A stretch of DNA of 64,000 bases, from contig CAWVVV010000002.1 of the NCBI GenBank assembly GCA_963933835.1, positions 288,001-352,000 of the forward strand, in the 5' to 3' direction. The DNA is from an uncultured Puniceicoccaceae bacterium. GTDB lineage: Bacteria > Verrucomicrobiota > Verrucomicrobiia > Opitutales > Oceanipulchritudinaceae. This document shows, piece by piece, positions 62,926-64,000 of this stretch (within the stretch, counting starts at the first letter, position 1; the number at the start of each line of letters is the position of its first letter). The notes beneath the pieces were generated by a model. The model saw only the letters and a program-made list of their open reading frames with translations. It was not told the DNA's origin and did not search any database. Position numbers and translations under genes: made by a program.

Positions 62926-64000
62926 ATGTCTCCGATCGTATTAGAAAATCTGCTACTGCAGCTCGATCCACAAGTCGTGTGGGAGACGCTGACGCTGCGC
63001 AGTGGATACAACTCCACGGTTGTTATCGTGGGGACGACACTCCTTGGAATCAGCGCCGGCGTCGTGGGTGTCTTTGCGCTTTTACGCAAACGCTCCTTGA
63101 TGGCTGATGCACTGAGTCACGCCACTCTTCCGGGAATTGGATTGGCCTTTATCATCGCGACTTGGCTGGGATATGAAGGCCGCAGCTTGCCAATACTCCT
63201 GACGGGGGCCGCCATTACGGGTGTGCTCGGGGTCGTGACAATCCAATGGCTTGTGCGCTCTACGCGTCTTCGCGAGGACGCAGCGATTGGCATCGTGCTC
63301 AGTGTTTTCTTTGGCATTGGAGTCGTGATCCTCAGTATCGTTCAGTCGATGAAGGCGGGGACAGCCGGTGGCATAAATCATTTTATCTATGGCCAAACGG
63401 CTGCAATGAGTGCGGCGGATGCTAAGCTCATGGGGCTCATCGCACTGGCCACGGTCTTCTTCGCCTTCTTCTTGCTTAAGGAATTTGCTGTTGTGTGTTT
63501 CAATGACGCCTTTGCTCAAGTGACAGGTTGGCCAGTTTCGAAAATCGATCTCCTGATGATGGCTTTGGTCGCGCTGGTTACGGTGGCTGGTTTGCAGGCG
63601 GTAGGCCTTATCCTGGTCGTTGCAATGTTGATCATTCCTGCGGTTGCGGCGCGTTTTTGGACCGAGCGATTATGGAAACTCATTTTGCTCGCGGGTCTGA
63701 TCGGGGGCGTCTCGGGCTATCTCGGATCGGTCGCTTCAGCGCTGTTGCCGCGGAAGCCAGCGGGGGCGGTCATCGTATTGACGGCGGGGATGATTTTCAC
63801 CCTGAGTATGTTTATCGCTCCGTCGCGTGGTGTCTTAGCATCGGTCTTACGCCGTATGAGGTTGAAACTCCGAATCGCGACGGATCACCTCCTGGAGGCG
63901 ACGGTCGATGAGGACGAGAGCACGAGAGGTTCTCTATCCGTCGCAAACACTAAGGTTCTTCAGAAGAAGCGAAATTGGGGGGCATGGCTTCACTTCGCAG
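62926..64000 (+). CDS. troC: Mn/Fe/Zn ABC permease (TroC-like) with C-terminal cytoplasmic extension; runs off window end
   Basis: Manual translation MSPIVLENL...LRKRSLMADALSHATLPG...FIYGQTA...GLQAVGLILV...APSRGVL, then hydrophilic RRMRLKLRIATDHLLE... with no stop seen. Confidence 0.88.
   Translation, partial: MSPIVLENLLLQLDPQVVWETLTLRSGYNSTVVIVGTTLLGISAGVVGVFALLRKRSLMADALSHATLPGIGLAFIIATWLGYEGRSLPILLTGAAITGVLGVVTIQWLVRSTRLREDAAIGIVLSVFFGIGVVILSIVQSMKAGTAGGINHFIYGQTAAMSAADAKLMGLIALATVFFAFFLLKEFAVVCFNDAFAQVTGWPVSKIDLLMMALVALVTVAGLQAVGLILVVAMLIIPAVAARFWTERLWKLILLAGLIGGVSGYLGSVASALLPRKPAGAVIVLTAGMIFTLSMFIAPSRGVLASVLRRMRLKLRIATDHLLEATVDEDESTRGSLSVANTKVLQKKRNWGAWLHFA

Overview
A gene-dense bacterial chromosome segment, most likely Verrucomicrobiota (Opitutales-like). 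The lineage is inferred from the PVC-signature small basic protein, a PEP-CTERM protein and tandem ExbD paralogues. Most content is housekeeping: fabA-fabB, tRNA-Gln, rpmH-rnpA-yidD-yidC-yebC, rodA-rng-rny, sdhCAB, argH, eno, kdsB, carA, tRNA-Ala, pdp-punA-upp, and two Zn/Mn ABC systems. The main leads are: (1) a tight three-gene operon encoding DinB, an NRDE/TANGO2 protein and an alpha/beta-hydrolase-DedA-ATP-grasp triple fusion; (2) a CruR/CutF-like upstream ORF (CxxC plus C-terminal GPPPR) ahead of a His/Met-rich outer-membrane protein, suggesting metal-sensing ribosome arrest; (3) a perfect palindromic operator over a probably leaderless promoter of the Tro-type Mn/Fe ABC operon. Also present are REP-like doublets, heptamer-repeat palindromes, an attC-like hairpin and several deletion-derived pseudogene chimeras. 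Several single-base frameshifts, mostly in homopolymers, look like sequencing or assembly errors. All calls come from manual motif recognition; no database searches were run.
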